Below are positions 31,251-41,751 of a stretch of DNA of 64,000 nucleotides, in pieces. A model generated the notes under the pieces. That model saw only the letters and a program-made list of their open reading frames with translations. It was not told where the DNA came from and made no database searches. Within the stretch, counting starts at the first letter, position 1. Every line of letters begins with the position of its first letter. The translations under genes were made by a program, and so were the position numbers. This DNA is from Spirochaetia bacterium (lineage in GTDB: Bacteria > Spirochaetota > Spirochaetia > CADAEX01), in assembly GCA_963662265.2 (NCBI GenBank), contig CAXXHA010000013.1, positions 1 to 64,000 of the forward strand, given 5' to 3'.

Positions 31251-32308
31251 AACACTCTGATCCAAGAATCGCACAGATGAAATTTGTCAAAAGGAAAGTT
31301 GAAGGTACTCTCAACGATCCTAGACTTAGATATGATTATTCAAACAGAGAAGTTGGAACACTTCCACCAGATGACAGAGAAGGATTCAAATGGGTTTCTG
31401 AAGTAGCATACAAAAACATCCACAGAATCGTTTCCAGAGGTTATGACACAACAGAAGTTGTAGAAGCTGGATATGGTATGACTGATGTTCTTTTTATCGA
31501 CTACCAGGCTCGAATTCCTTTCGTAGAAGAAAGAGAAGTTCTTGACTACCTTCTTGTTGTAATGCTTGATGATGGTCTTTCAAATCCTGCAGTTCTTGCA
31601 AGAGCTATTGCAAGAGGTAAGAACTACATTACACAGTCATGTGGTGGTTCAGTACTTGCTTTTGGTCACGCATATGCTTCTTTCGATGCAACAGGTAAAA
31701 TGCTTAACAAATACCTTGCTAAAGTAGAAGAAGAAGGTATGAGCGTTGCTGATGCTGCTGCTCTTCTTGTAAAAGAAAATGCAAAAGAAGATCACCTCGG
31801 TATTTCAGACAGATACCTTAAAGATCCTACAGCAAGAAAAATGCTTGACTTTGTTGAGAAAAAACTTCCTGCAGTAAAAGAAATCAAATATGTTCCTTTC
31901 ATGAAAGAAGTTGTAAAAGCTGCTAAAGCACAGCTTGGTAATGTTGATGTTGATATTATCGGTGCTATGACCGCTGCAATGATGGATCTTGATTTCTCAC
32001 CTGAAGCTGCTTGGTGTATCATGTCAGTAACAAGAGCTTTCGGAGCTTCTGCTCACGCTATCGAAGAACTCGAAAGAGAAAGCTTTGACTACCTTGGTTC
32101 ACAGCTCACTCCAAAAGAATGGTATGACGGACCAGCTGACAGAGAAGTACCATCACTTGACACAAGAAACGGTTTTGCTGGTGCACAGGCTACAACTGCT
32201 AAAGAATGGCAGGATGCCTGGAAGGAAAAAGAGAAACTTTTCGGATCAGGATATGCAATTAAATTTTATATCGAAGATCCTAGAAAAGCTGCAACTTCTA
32301 GAAAATAA
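31238..32308 (+). CDS. Citrate synthase-fold (citryl-CoA lyase-like) protein B, degenerate
   Basis: SRGYDTTEV, DDGLSNPA, FGHAY, KDP, DIIGAM, TRAFGASAHAIEE; overlaps gene A by 13 nt. Confidence 0.72.
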   Translation: MADIKHSDPRIAQMKFVKRKVEGTLNDPRLRYDYSNREVGTLPPDDREGFKWVSEVAYKNIHRIVSRGYDTTEVVEAGYGMTDVLFIDYQARIPFVEEREVLDYLLVVMLDDGLSNPAVLARAIARGKNYITQSCGGSVLAFGHAYASFDATGKMLNKYLAKVEEEGMSVADAAALLVKENAKEDHLGISDRYLKDPTARKMLDFVEKKLPAVKEIKYVPFMKEVVKAAKAQLGNVDVDIIGAMTAAMMDLDFSPEAAWCIMSVTRAFGASAHAIEELERESFDYLGSQLTPKEWYDGPADREVPSLDTRNGFAGAQATTAKEWQDAWKEKEKLFGSGYAIKFYIEDPRKAATSRK

Positions 32309-32323
32309 TAATTTTTTTATTAT

Positions 32324-32349
32324 AAGTCCCCTGTTCTCAGGGGACTTTT
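32324..32349 (+). terminator. Hairpin/terminator after CS-like pair
   Basis: AAGTCCCCTG-TTCT-CAGGGGACTTTT. Confidence 0.65.
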
Positions 32350-32519
32350 CTTCTCGATTCAGAGGATGGACTTTTTCCTTATGAATGCTTTTAAAATAAA
32401 AAAATTGTTTTATGAGATAATGCAGGAACCGGATAATTCCTCAGAAAAGAAAGAAAAACCAATAATAAAACCCTGATTATCTTTATCAGGGTTGAGGTGC
32501 GTTAAGGAGACTTGAAAAT

Positions 32520-33914
32520 ATGGCTGAAAATGTAAAAGATCTGTACGACAGAGCCAGAAAAGCATTCGAAGTAATCGAATTCTGGCCACAGGATAGAGTA
32601 GATGAAATGGTAGCTGCTGTTGCATGGAAACTCCAGACAAAAGCTGTTGCTGAAGATGTTGCTAAAATTGCTCATGAAGAATCAGGAATGGGTGTTTATG
32701 AGCACAAAGTAAGAAAACACGGCAAGATTAAAGGTATCATGTTTGAAATGAAAGGCAAGAAAACTTGCGGTCTTATCAAAGATGATAAAGAAAGAGGAAT
32801 CAAGACTTATGCAAAACCAATGGGTGTTGTTGCAAATGTTGTTCCTTGTACTAACCCTACAATTACAACAGCTTTTATCGGTCTTTCTCTTCTTAAAACA
32901 AGAAATGCGATGATCTGTTCACCGCACCCAAGAACAAAGCAGTCAACTGCTAAAACAGTTAAATACGGAAGAGAGGCTCTCAAAGCTATCGGTGCTCCTG
33001 AAGACCTTTTCCTCTGCATTGAAGAACCTTCAAATGAAAAAACTGTAGAACTCATGTCAATTTCTGACTATGCTGTTGCTACTGGCGGTAAAGCTCTTAT
33101 TAAAGTAGTACACGCTGCAGGTACTCCAAGTGTAACTGTAGGTGCTGGTAATGTTAGAGCTATCATCGATCCTTCAGCTGACCTTGTGAAAGCTGCTACA
33201 TGCGTAATGCAGTCAAAAACTTTTGACAATGCAACTTCATGTTCATCAGAAAACGCTGTTTCACTCCACGAATCAATCTATGATGCTGGTATCGAAGAGC
33301 TCAAGAAAGTTGGCGGATACATGTGTACTTCTGAAGAGAGAGAAAAACTCAGAGCTGTTATGTGGCCTGACGGACATACTCTCAACAGAGACATTGTTGC
33401 TAAACCTGCTCTTACAATTGCAGAAATGGCTGGTATTGCAGTACCTGAAAACACAAAATTCATCATGGTTGAAGGTCAGAAAATCGGACCTGAAGACATG
33501 TTTTCAAACGAAAAACTTTCACTCGTACTCACAGTATGGAAATGGAATGATTTCGACACAGAAATGAAAACTCTCCTTGAAAACCTCAAGTTCTCAGGAA
33601 TCGGACACTCATGTGCTCTCCACTCAGCTAAACCTGAACAGTGGGAAAAACTTGCTGAGTTCATTCCTACAGGTAGAGTTAACATCAACATGCCTAACAC
33701 AATCGTAAACAGCGGTAGTTTCTTCGCTGGTCACGAGTACACAACAACAATCGGTTGCGGTACATGGACTGGAAACAGCCACAGTGACAACATCAACTAC
33801 AGACACTTCATGAACACAACTAGAATGGCTGTTCCAATAGAAGAGTATGTACCAACTGATGAAGAAGTTTACGGTGACAACCTTGCTAAATGCAAAGAAC
33901 TTTTCGGTGAATAA
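32520..33914 (+). CDS. CoA-acylating aldehyde dehydrogenase (SauS/SucD-like)
   Basis: PCTNP, VGAGNV, SKTFDNATSCSSEN (catalytic Cys), EKLS, GHS, GCGTWTGNSHSDN. Confidence 0.88.
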   Translation: MAENVKDLYDRARKAFEVIEFWPQDRVDEMVAAVAWKLQTKAVAEDVAKIAHEESGMGVYEHKVRKHGKIKGIMFEMKGKKTCGLIKDDKERGIKTYAKPMGVVANVVPCTNPTITTAFIGLSLLKTRNAMICSPHPRTKQSTAKTVKYGREALKAIGAPEDLFLCIEEPSNEKTVELMSISDYAVATGGKALIKVVHAAGTPSVTVGAGNVRAIIDPSADLVKAATCVMQSKTFDNATSCSSENAVSLHESIYDAGIEELKKVGGYMCTSEEREKLRAVMWPDGHTLNRDIVAKPALTIAEMAGIAVPENTKFIMVEGQKIGPEDMFSNEKLSLVLTVWKWNDFDTEMKTLLENLKFSGIGHSCALHSAKPEQWEKLAEFIPTGRVNINMPNTIVNSGSFFAGHEYTTTIGCGTWTGNSHSDNINYRHFMNTTRMAVPIEEYVPTDEEVYGDNLAKCKELFGE

Positions 33915-33937
33915 TATTTACTGATAAATATTTTATT

Positions 33938-33970
33938 ATACCCCGGTTATATTTACCGGGGTATTTTTTT
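33938..33970 (+). terminator. Intrinsic terminator
   Basis: ATACCCCGGT...ACCGGGGTATTTTTTT. Confidence 0.75.
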
Positions 33971-34081
33971 ACTTACTTTATGTATGACACCTGTATATAC
34001 GGAACAGGTTGTACTGATCTGGCCATGAATATGATAATGTCTCATATCTTGGAATTGAATATAAAATAACGGGATAAAATA

Positions 34082-34786
34082 ATGGAAATAAAAGCTGTAA
34101 TATTTGATTTTGTTCAGACACTGGGCACTGCTGCAGAAGGGTATAAAGCTGCTGAAAAGAATTCACAGGAAAAATTATATGAAAAGCTGAAGATTGATGA
34201 CTGGGACAGTTATAAAGATATATACAGGAAAGAGCGAAAGGAGCATTTTTTGAAATCTGATTTTTCAAGAAAAAATGTATGGCTTAAGATATGTTCTATT
34301 TATAAGCTGGAGCCGGATAATGAGTTTCTTGATAATCTTGAAAATGAATACTGGGAAATTGTGCAGAAAAGCATGAAACTGTTTCCTGAAACACTGAAAG
34401 TTCTGGCTGAACTGAAAAAGAAATATAAATTGGGGATGATTACTAATTCGCAGAAAGACGGAAGCACAAGGGCTCTTGATTCTGAGGATTATAATGAAAT
34501 GTCAGAATATTTTGATCATATTATAATTTCTGCTGAAGGCGATATTCCTGCAAAACCTGATCCTGTTCCGTTTAATATGATGCTTGAAAAAATGAAAATA
34601 AATGCTGACGAGGCAGTTTTTGTCGGTGATGACCTGAGGGTTGATATCGAAGGAAGCATAAATGCAGGGATGAAAGCTGTGTGGCTGAAGCATTATTCTG
34701 TAAAAAGAAACTGGCCTGAGTGCAGTTTTGATATTCCTGTGATTGATAACCTTGAAAAATTGTATGATATCGATAAATTAATGTAA
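34082..34786 (+). CDS. HAD-superfamily hydrolase
   Basis: IFDFVQTL motif I, ITNS, KPDP, VGDDLRVDIEG. Confidence 0.88.
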   Translation: MEIKAVIFDFVQTLGTAAEGYKAAEKNSQEKLYEKLKIDDWDSYKDIYRKERKEHFLKSDFSRKNVWLKICSIYKLEPDNEFLDNLENEYWEIVQKSMKLFPETLKVLAELKKKYKLGMITNSQKDGSTRALDSEDYNEMSEYFDHIIISAEGDIPAKPDPVPFNMMLEKMKINADEAVFVGDDLRVDIEGSINAGMKAVWLKHYSVKRNWPECSFDIPVIDNLEKLYDIDKLM

Positions 34787-34832
34787 AAAGACTTGACTAG
34801 TGGTAAAGTAATCATTAACATGAATATTGGTT

Positions 34833-35738
34833 ATGAATCTTTACCATTTAAAGACTTTTTATTATACAGCTAAGTATAAGAGCCTGACTAAGGCTGCTGA
34901 CGTCCTCTGTATCACACAGCCTGCTGTTACAAAGCAGATAAAGCAGCTGCAGAGTCATTATGAAATAAAATTTCTCGACATTATCGGTAAGAAAGTTGTT
35001 CTTACCGATGCGGGGAAGCATCTGTACACAATTGCCGATAAGATATTTGATATGGAAAGCCAGGCAGAGGAAAGTATAAGAGATTTTCAGAATTTTACTA
35101 AGGGTAAAATCAATATTCTTTCCTGTGAAAGTTTCGGAGCTTATTATATTCCATATATTATCAGATATTATAATATCACAAATCCTGATATAAACATTTC
35201 AATGCAGATAAGCAGGAATGATGATATTATTGAAAATACTGCTGAACTTAACAATGATATCGGATTTATCTCGAAACCAATACAGAATCCCAAGATATCT
35301 GTGCACGAAATTCTCGAAGATGATATTGTTTTTATTGCAAGTCCGAAATATGAACTCAGCCGTCGTGATACATTGATTCCTGAAGATCTCAAAGGCTGTA
35401 ATATGATTGTTCATGAGCAGGGATCTGTTACACGAAAAGTTGCCGACAACTTGATTAGAAAAAATAATATTGACCTTAATATCAGTTATGAAATATCAAA
35501 CAGCGAAGCAATTAAAAGGCTTGTTCAGCAGGATCTTGGTGTTGCCTTTATTTCAAAGAACATGGTATCTGAAGAGGTTAAAAGCGGTAAGCTGGTAGCA
35601 GTTCCGGTTGAGGAAAAAGGGTTTAAAAGAAAATACTATATGATACATCACAGCGAAAAGTATTTTTCAAAACCGCTCAAAGATCTTTTTGACCTGATTC
35701 TTCAATGGTCAAAGATATACCCGACACCAATGTTTTAA
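34833..35738 (+). CDS. LysR family transcriptional regulator (CysL-like)
   Basis: HTH SLTKAADVLCITQPAVTKQIKQL; HEQGSVTR, SNSEAIKRLV. Confidence 0.92.
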   Translation: MNLYHLKTFYYTAKYKSLTKAADVLCITQPAVTKQIKQLQSHYEIKFLDIIGKKVVLTDAGKHLYTIADKIFDMESQAEESIRDFQNFTKGKINILSCESFGAYYIPYIIRYYNITNPDINISMQISRNDDIIENTAELNNDIGFISKPIQNPKISVHEILEDDIVFIASPKYELSRRDTLIPEDLKGCNMIVHEQGSVTRKVADNLIRKNNIDLNISYEISNSEAIKRLVQQDLGVAFISKNMVSEEVKSGKLVAVPVEEKGFKRKYYMIHHSEKYFSKPLKDLFDLILQWSKIYPTPMF

Positions 35739-35838
35739 AAACACGATGTTTTCCCCCAAAGGGGACATGTGGTCTGCCGGACAGCTATTGATAGCGGTTG
35801 GGCTGATGAAAAAACAGGACTTTTTTTCATCATGGGGA
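35738..35838 (+). repeat. Intergenic GGA-loop hairpin element (dispersed repeat family)
   Basis: AAAAC-ACGAT-GTTTT, TCCCC..GGGGAC, GATGAAAAAA-CAGGAC-TTTTTTTCATC; resembles 60781-60870. Confidence 0.55.
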
Positions 35839-35954
35839 AAGGGTTTAACTGATAAAAAAGAGTAAATTACAAAGATTTTTATAAACCTTTCTGAAGATGA
35901 TCTTCAGAAAGGTTATTTTTTGCACAGCGGAAAATAAACATTGGTTCAGGATAA

Positions 35955-36458
35955 TCAGATAATTCCTCTTTTTTTAAGAATTGAAAATTCCAGTTCAAAA
36001 CTGTCTGTAAAGTAGTTTTTTCCTATAAGAGATTCAATTTCCTCGATAGAAAAAAATCTGCCGTCGACAACTTCATCATTATCTATTTTAAAAGGGCCGT
36101 TATAAATTGTTGTATAAAGCATGGCAACTTCAGTTTCTGTAGTGTTTTCATGTATATATTTGAAAAGGAAATCAAGACTGGCAGGTTTTATTCCAAGTTC
36201 TTCTTCCGCTTCTCTTAAAACCGCTTCTTCGGGAATTTCTCCTGCTCCCACATGTCCCCCGACAGCAGTATCCCAGAGTCCCGGGTAGAGATCTTTTGAA
36301 TCAGATCTTTTCTGAAGAAAAATATCACCTCTGTCATTGAAAATCTCGATATGAACAACCATCTGAATAAGGGATTTATCTTCATGACATTTTGACCTCG
36401 GAGCAACTCCTGCAGGATTCCCGTCAAGATCGACTAATTGCAGCATTTCATCTTTCAT
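35955..36458 (-). CDS. NUDIX hydrolase (IDI-like/YfcD)
   Basis: LQKRS..KDLYPGLWD, GGHVGAGE...AVLREAEEELG. Confidence 0.88.
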   Translation of the reverse strand: MKDEMLQLVDLDGNPAGVAPRSKCHEDKSLIQMVVHIEIFNDRGDIFLQKRSDSKDLYPGLWDTAVGGHVGAGEIPEEAVLREAEEELGIKPASLDFLFKYIHENTTETEVAMLYTTIYNGPFKIDNDEVVDGRFFSIEEIESLIGKNYFTDSFELEFSILKKRGII

Positions 36459-36582
36459 AAATATATTTTAGCAAAAATAAACAGAAGTTCATATCAAAAT
36501 AAAAAAAGCTGCCGACCGGTGAAGGAAGACAGCTTTGAAAATATTCCAAACTGGAATGTTGGATTTGAATAAATATTTAAAC

Positions 36583-37526
36583 CTAACTGATTCCGAGAAG
36601 TTTTATAGCTCCGATATACATTGCCATTGAAACCATCATTGCAATAAGAGGTGTTGTAATCCAACCGATAACGATATTGGTAAGAGTTTTAAGGTTGATT
36701 GTTTTTACACCTTTTACAAATCCGATACCAAGTACACCACCTACAATAGCTTGTGATGAAGATACAGGAACACCAACAATAGCATATATATTGAGAATAA
36801 TAGACATAGAAAGTACAGCTACAAATGCACTGAACGGGTCAAGCTTTACTAGCTTTTCACCTACAGTCTGCATAACTCTTTTACTGTATGTTATAGCACC
36901 GAGACAGATACTTAATGATCCGATAATAAGTGCCTGGGGAATGTTAAGAAGACCTGTTTCGATATAAATACCTGTTACATTTGCAACATTGTTCGCACCG
37001 AGTGAATATGCTCCGTAACACCCTACAACTATGAGAACCAATCCTGAGTACAGAGTCCTGCTGAAAAATATTAAGTTTCAGTTTTGCAAGAAGCTTACTT
37101 AAGAGAGGGTAAAGTATCAGAGTTGCAATAACACATCCAACCGGAGTTCCATACCCAGCATGCAAATACTTTAGGTAGTTTTGAAAGGTCAACATGACCT
37201 ATGATAATACCAATACCGATAATTGCTCCAACCATAGCCTGTGATGTTGATACAGGAAGGTTTAAATATGTCATTACAGTTACTGTTAATGCAGCAGCAA
37301 GTGCAGTTATGAAAGCTGTATTAAGGTTCTGCTCAACGAGACCGCTCAAAGTATGCATACCTGCAGCGCCCTGGAGTATTGAACCAAGAATAATCATAAT
37401 ACACAGCCAGAAAAGAGCAGTCTTGAACTTGACCATTCTTGAGAATACTGCTGTTCCAAATATATTTGCAGAGTCATTGGCACCCAATGACCAACCCATA
37501 AATATCCCGCTTAATAGCCTGAACAT
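36583..37526 (-). pseudogene. PiT-family inorganic phosphate transporter, split by two +1 frameshifts (may be sequencing error)
   Basis: GANDSAN, PVSTSQ, GANNVAN, PVSSSQ spread over three frames; single extra bases near 37151 and 37037. Confidence 0.8.
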
Positions 37527-37529
37527 TTA

Positions 37530-38174
37530 TTAAATCTTCCTTTTGATGATTGCGAGTTCAATTCTGTCAGATACATCTTCAGCAAGGTCTGAGATGTTAC
37601 CGATAGCAATTATTACTTCCTTAAGCTGCATTTTTTCTGCAAGATCCATATCTGTGCTGTAGATATCTCTGATAAGTGCTCTTTCAGCAGCATCTGATTC
37701 TCTTTCTTTATCACAAACATCTTCACATTTGTTTAAAAGATCTTCTTCTTTGAAAAGACAGAAAGCAGCTTCTTTTGTGAGGTTGTATGCATCAATGTTT
37801 ACATTAATAAGATCGATAAATCTTGCTTTGTAGTTTTCAGGAACTTTGATGTTCTGAAAAAAGATAATGTTACAAACAGACTGGAATGTGTTTGGTAATG
37901 TGTCGAAAGATTCGAGAAGACCGAGGATATCACCTCTTGATTCAGGTACAAGCGCTTTTTTGTAGAGCTCAAGAATTACAGATCTTCTTTCTGTGTCAGC
38001 TTCATGCTCTGCTGCGTGTACATCTTCCACTGCGTCTGCAAGTGATGCGTCAGCATCTTTGTTGATAAGGTCTGCGACAGTTTTTTTGAAAACGTCTCTT
38101 GTTTTATCAGTTTTTTCAAAATAGGTCTGAATTTTTGAAAAAATTGATTCCTGTTTTTTCCATAATTTTGCCAT
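37530..38174 (-). CDS. DUF47 / PhoU-like PiT accessory protein
   Basis: EHEADTERR, RGDILGL, ERESD, ISDLAEDVSDRI; directly upstream of PiT. Confidence 0.88.
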   Translation of the reverse strand: MAKLWKKQESIFSKIQTYFEKTDKTRDVFKKTVADLINKDADASLADAVEDVHAAEHEADTERRSVILELYKKALVPESRGDILGLLESFDTLPNTFQSVCNIIFFQNIKVPENYKARFIDLINVNIDAYNLTKEAAFCLFKEEDLLNKCEDVCDKERESDAAERALIRDIYSTDMDLAEKMQLKEVIIAIGNISDLAEDVSDRIELAIIKRKI

Positions 38175-38265
38175 AGAGATTGCTCCTTCTTTTTTATTGT
38201 TCCTATATAAATTATGGATTTTAACTATTTTGGGAAAAAATGTCCAGAGATAAAAGATAATATTT

Positions 38266-38280
38266 ATAACCGATAGTTAT
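38266..38280. promoter_or_regulatory. Putative LysR-type operator
   Basis: ATAAC-CGATA-GTTAT, near-identical to 30193-30207 ATAAC-CGAGG-GTTAT. Confidence 0.5.
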
Positions 38281-38334
38281 CAGTTTTTTCAATAGGCTTC
38301 TATACAGAAATGATGATTTTTCATAAAATAATGT

Positions 38335-40095
38335 ATGGGATATTTTCTTAGATACAGGCTTAATTTAAAGATATTTCTTTCATTCATTTCAATTATAATA
38401 ATAACCACGATAACAGCTCTGAGTATCGGGTATTCAACTATGAAAAAATCTATTGAACAGGAGCATATGCTGAGACTGGATGACAGTCTTAGTGCTTATT
38501 TCAATGAGCTGAAATTCAAGCAGGATGAATGTTATGCAGCTGTTAAAAATCTTTCTGAAGATTCTGATATAGCCCATCTTGTTGCTACAAAGAACAGGCG
38601 CGGTCTTGAAAAAAGCCTTGGACATTTTTACAGTATGGGGCTTTTTGATATTATTGAAGTTGAGGATGAGAACGGGGCTGTTCTTATCAGGGCACATGAT
38701 CCTGAAAAAAGCGGTGATTTGAAGATATACCAGAAGATAATAAAGGAAGGGCTTAAGGGGCAGACTGTTGTCGGGTATGAAAGCGGGAAGTCCGGTATTG
38801 CGATAAGAGCTGTTGCGCCTGTTTCAATGAATGGCAAGATAACAGGACTCCTGATGTTCGGAAAGCTGTTTTCAGAGGATTTTGTCAGCAAAATAAAAAA
38901 GCTGACCGGTCTTGAAAGCGGTATATATAGAAACGGCAGCAAAATAATATCGACTTATGATGGTATAGATGTTTTAACTGAAAAGCAGATTGAAGAACTT
39001 AAAAAAGCCGGGACTCTTATTTTAAGGAAGGAAGAAAATAAAAACAGCTGTCTTTATAAATTCCAGGCACTCTACAGCGACAGGGATAAATTCTGGGGAG
39101 CTATTTCACTGCGGCTTGTGGAAAAAGATACTGAGCTGTATTTCTCATACACGGGAAGCCTTCTTTTTCTGATGATTATGATAGGTTTTTTCCTTTCTCT
39201 GTTTACCTATATTATTCTGGCGGCAAATATTAATCATTCACTCGAAAAAATAATAAACGGTATTAATAACTTCAATATAAGCAATGAAGGCGCACTGATT
39301 GATGTTCATTCTAATGATGAATTCAGGACAATAGCTGAAAGTATAAATAATCTTTCAATCAAGCTGTATAATTACAATAAGAAAGTGACAAAACTTCAGG
39401 ATGATATGATAAAGTCTGCAAAACTTGCTGCTGTCGGGCAGATGTCTGCCGGTCTTGCCCATGAGATAAGGAATCCTTTGAGTTCCGTAAAAATGATGTC
39501 ACAGATAATAAGAAGCCGGTATCTTAAGAACGGGGAAGGGATTAGTGAAATCTCAACAGTTCTTGAAGAGATTGACAGAATTAATAACCTGATATCAGAT
39601 CTTCTTGAATTTTCCAAACCCGGCCCCATGAATTTCAGCAAAAATGATATCAATGATATTATAAGGAAAGTACTCAATCTGTATAAATATAATATTGAAC
39701 ATCAGAAAATAGCTGTAGAAACTTCTCTTGATGATAATATACCTCTATCCTGTCTTGATAATGAAAAAATCAAACTCTGTCTTATCAATTTTACTGTCAA
39801 TGCAATCCAGGCAATGCATGACGGCGGAGTCCTGAAAGTAGAGTCAAAGCTTGATAACATCCGGATTAGGATTAAAATAAGTAATACAGGTAAAAAAATA
39901 CCTGAGAAAGACATTGAAAAAATATTTGAACCGTTCTTTACTACAAAAAAAGAGGGAACAGGCCTCGGGCTTGCAATGACTAAACTGATAATTGAACGGC
40001 ATTATGGTACGGTTTCAGTCGAAAGCAGTGAAAAATTGACTGTTTTTGAGATTGTTCTTCCGCTGAAACTAGATGATTATATTACTATAGTATAG
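38335..40095 (+). CDS. Sensor histidine kinase (Cache-like periplasmic domain, HAMP)
   Basis: H-box LAHEIRNPL, NAIQAM, FEPFFTTK, GTGLGL. Confidence 0.93.
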   Translation: MGYFLRYRLNLKIFLSFISIIIITTITALSIGYSTMKKSIEQEHMLRLDDSLSAYFNELKFKQDECYAAVKNLSEDSDIAHLVATKNRRGLEKSLGHFYSMGLFDIIEVEDENGAVLIRAHDPEKSGDLKIYQKIIKEGLKGQTVVGYESGKSGIAIRAVAPVSMNGKITGLLMFGKLFSEDFVSKIKKLTGLESGIYRNGSKIISTYDGIDVLTEKQIEELKKAGTLILRKEENKNSCLYKFQALYSDRDKFWGAISLRLVEKDTELYFSYTGSLLFLMIMIGFFLSLFTYIILAANINHSLEKIINGINNFNISNEGALIDVHSNDEFRTIAESINNLSIKLYNYNKKVTKLQDDMIKSAKLAAVGQMSAGLAHEIRNPLSSVKMMSQIIRSRYLKNGEGISEISTVLEEIDRINNLISDLLEFSKPGPMNFSKNDINDIIRKVLNLYKYNIEHQKIAVETSLDDNIPLSCLDNEKIKLCLINFTVNAIQAMHDGGVLKVESKLDNIRIRIKISNTGKKIPEKDIEKIFEPFFTTKKEGTGLGLAMTKLIIERHYGTVSVESSEKLTVFEIVLPLKLDDYITIV

Positions 40096-40107
40096 GAGAA
40101 TATCTTT

Positions 40108-41519
40108 ATGGCTGCAGTACTTGTTATAGATGATGAAAAAAGTATACAGAAAAGTTTTACACAGTTGTTCAGCAACAAGTTTGAAGTACTCAATGCATAC
40201 AACGGCAAGGAGGGGCTTGAAATCCTGGACAGTCATGAGGTTGATCTTGTTTTTCTTGATTACATGATGCCTGGAGAAGATGGTCTTGAAATACTGGAAA
40301 AAATCAAGAAAAAGGAACCGGGGATTCCTGTGGTCATGATTACTGCCCATGGAAGTTTTGAGACAATAATAAAGTCTACATCACTGGGGGCTTACGATTA
40401 TCTGGAAAAACCGCTTGATATAGATAAGATTGAAATACTGGCGAAAAGAGCTGTTGAATCGAGGAAAATCTGTAAATATGTAAACACAATACGGGCTGAA
40501 AATATAAAAAACTATAACCTCAAGATGATTGTAGGTAATTCAGAGCCTATGCAGAATGTTTTTAAGGCGATCGGTAGGCTTGTTAATAATGATGTTTCTG
40601 TCCTTGTTACAGGCGAGAGCGGTACAGGAAAAGAACTTATTGCAAAGGCGCTTCATTACAACGGCAAACGGAAAAATGAGCCTTTTGTTGCTGTTAACTG
40701 TTCAGGCCTTACTGAGACACTTCTTGATAATGAACTCTTCGGACATGAGCCCCAGGCTTTTACCGGCGCTGTAACAATGAAGAGCGGTAAATTTGAAGCT
40801 GCAGGCGAGGGCACAATTTTTCTTGATGAAATCGGAGACATGCCGCTTAATATCCAGACAAAGCTTCTCCGTGTTCTTCAGGAAAAGGGAATTTCAGAGG
40901 CTTGGAGGCCTGAAGACAATAAAGCTCCGTGCAAGAGTGATTGCAGCGACAAACAGAAATCTTTCGGAAGAGGTTGAAAAAGGGAATTTCAGAGAGGACC
41001 TTTTTTACAGGATCAGTGTTGCTCCCCTGAGACTCCCCCCGTTAAGAGAGCGGAAAGGCGATATCTCCGCTGCTTGTTGATTTTTTTCTGAACAAGGCAT
41101 CAGGCAAAATAGGAAAACAGGTTACCCAGGTTTCAGAAAATCTTATGAAAAACCTCATGGAACACAGCTGGCCCGGTAATGTTCGTGAACTTGAAAACCT
41201 TATCACAAGCTTCTGCATTAATGCCCAGGGAGAGGTTCTTACAAGTTCAGATTTCCCCACAGTTGATATCCGTGAAAGGGAAACAGACCCAGATAAAAAT
41301 GCGGATAAGGGCGATCTCATGGCCAGTGTAATTGACCAGTATTTTGAAAACAGTGATGAGAATGAAAATCTTCTCCCATCTCTCTATGAGGAAATGGAAA
41401 GAAAAATGATTGAGAAAGCTGCTGTGAAATTCAACAATAATAAATCACTCATGGCCAAATATCTGGGAATAAGCCGGGTTACTCTGCAGAAAAAAATGAG
41501 TTCAGGTCCGCAGGAATAA
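40108..41519 (+). pseudogene. Sigma-54-dependent response regulator (NtrC/AtoC family), two +1 frameshifts (may be sequencing error)
   Basis: [41 protein letters not shown] and Fis-HTH across three frames; extra G near 40888 and extra T near 41066. Confidence 0.85.
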
Positions 41520-41538
41520 CAACCAGCCTGTCGGTTTC

Positions 41539-41630
41539 TGTTAAACCATTTTTCATTTAATAACATTTTTTAAACCTCACAATGTAAAAAAACTTATCAT
41601 CATCTGATAAAACTGTTAACATTTTTTACT
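41539..41630. promoter_or_regulatory. Putative bEBP enhancer (UAS) sites
   Basis: Three TGT(T/A)AA-N5-TT..C(A/T)-like boxes at 41539, 41583 and 41614, 120-210 nt upstream of the sigma54 promoter. Confidence 0.4.
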
Positions 41631-41751
41631 GATCCGCCTGCTTGCCTGGAAAGCCCTGTTTTTGGCAATGAAATTTATTATTTCATATAAATCTTTTATA
41701 TATAATAAGTTATGAAATTAATTAAAAATATTTAAAAATTATGCAATAAAC

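Noticed and set aside
30354-32308. Calling the pair citrate synthase or ATP-citrate lyase
   Set aside because: Catalytic His/Asp motifs are altered, there is no CoA-ligase domain or neighbour, and a canonical gltA is adjacent.
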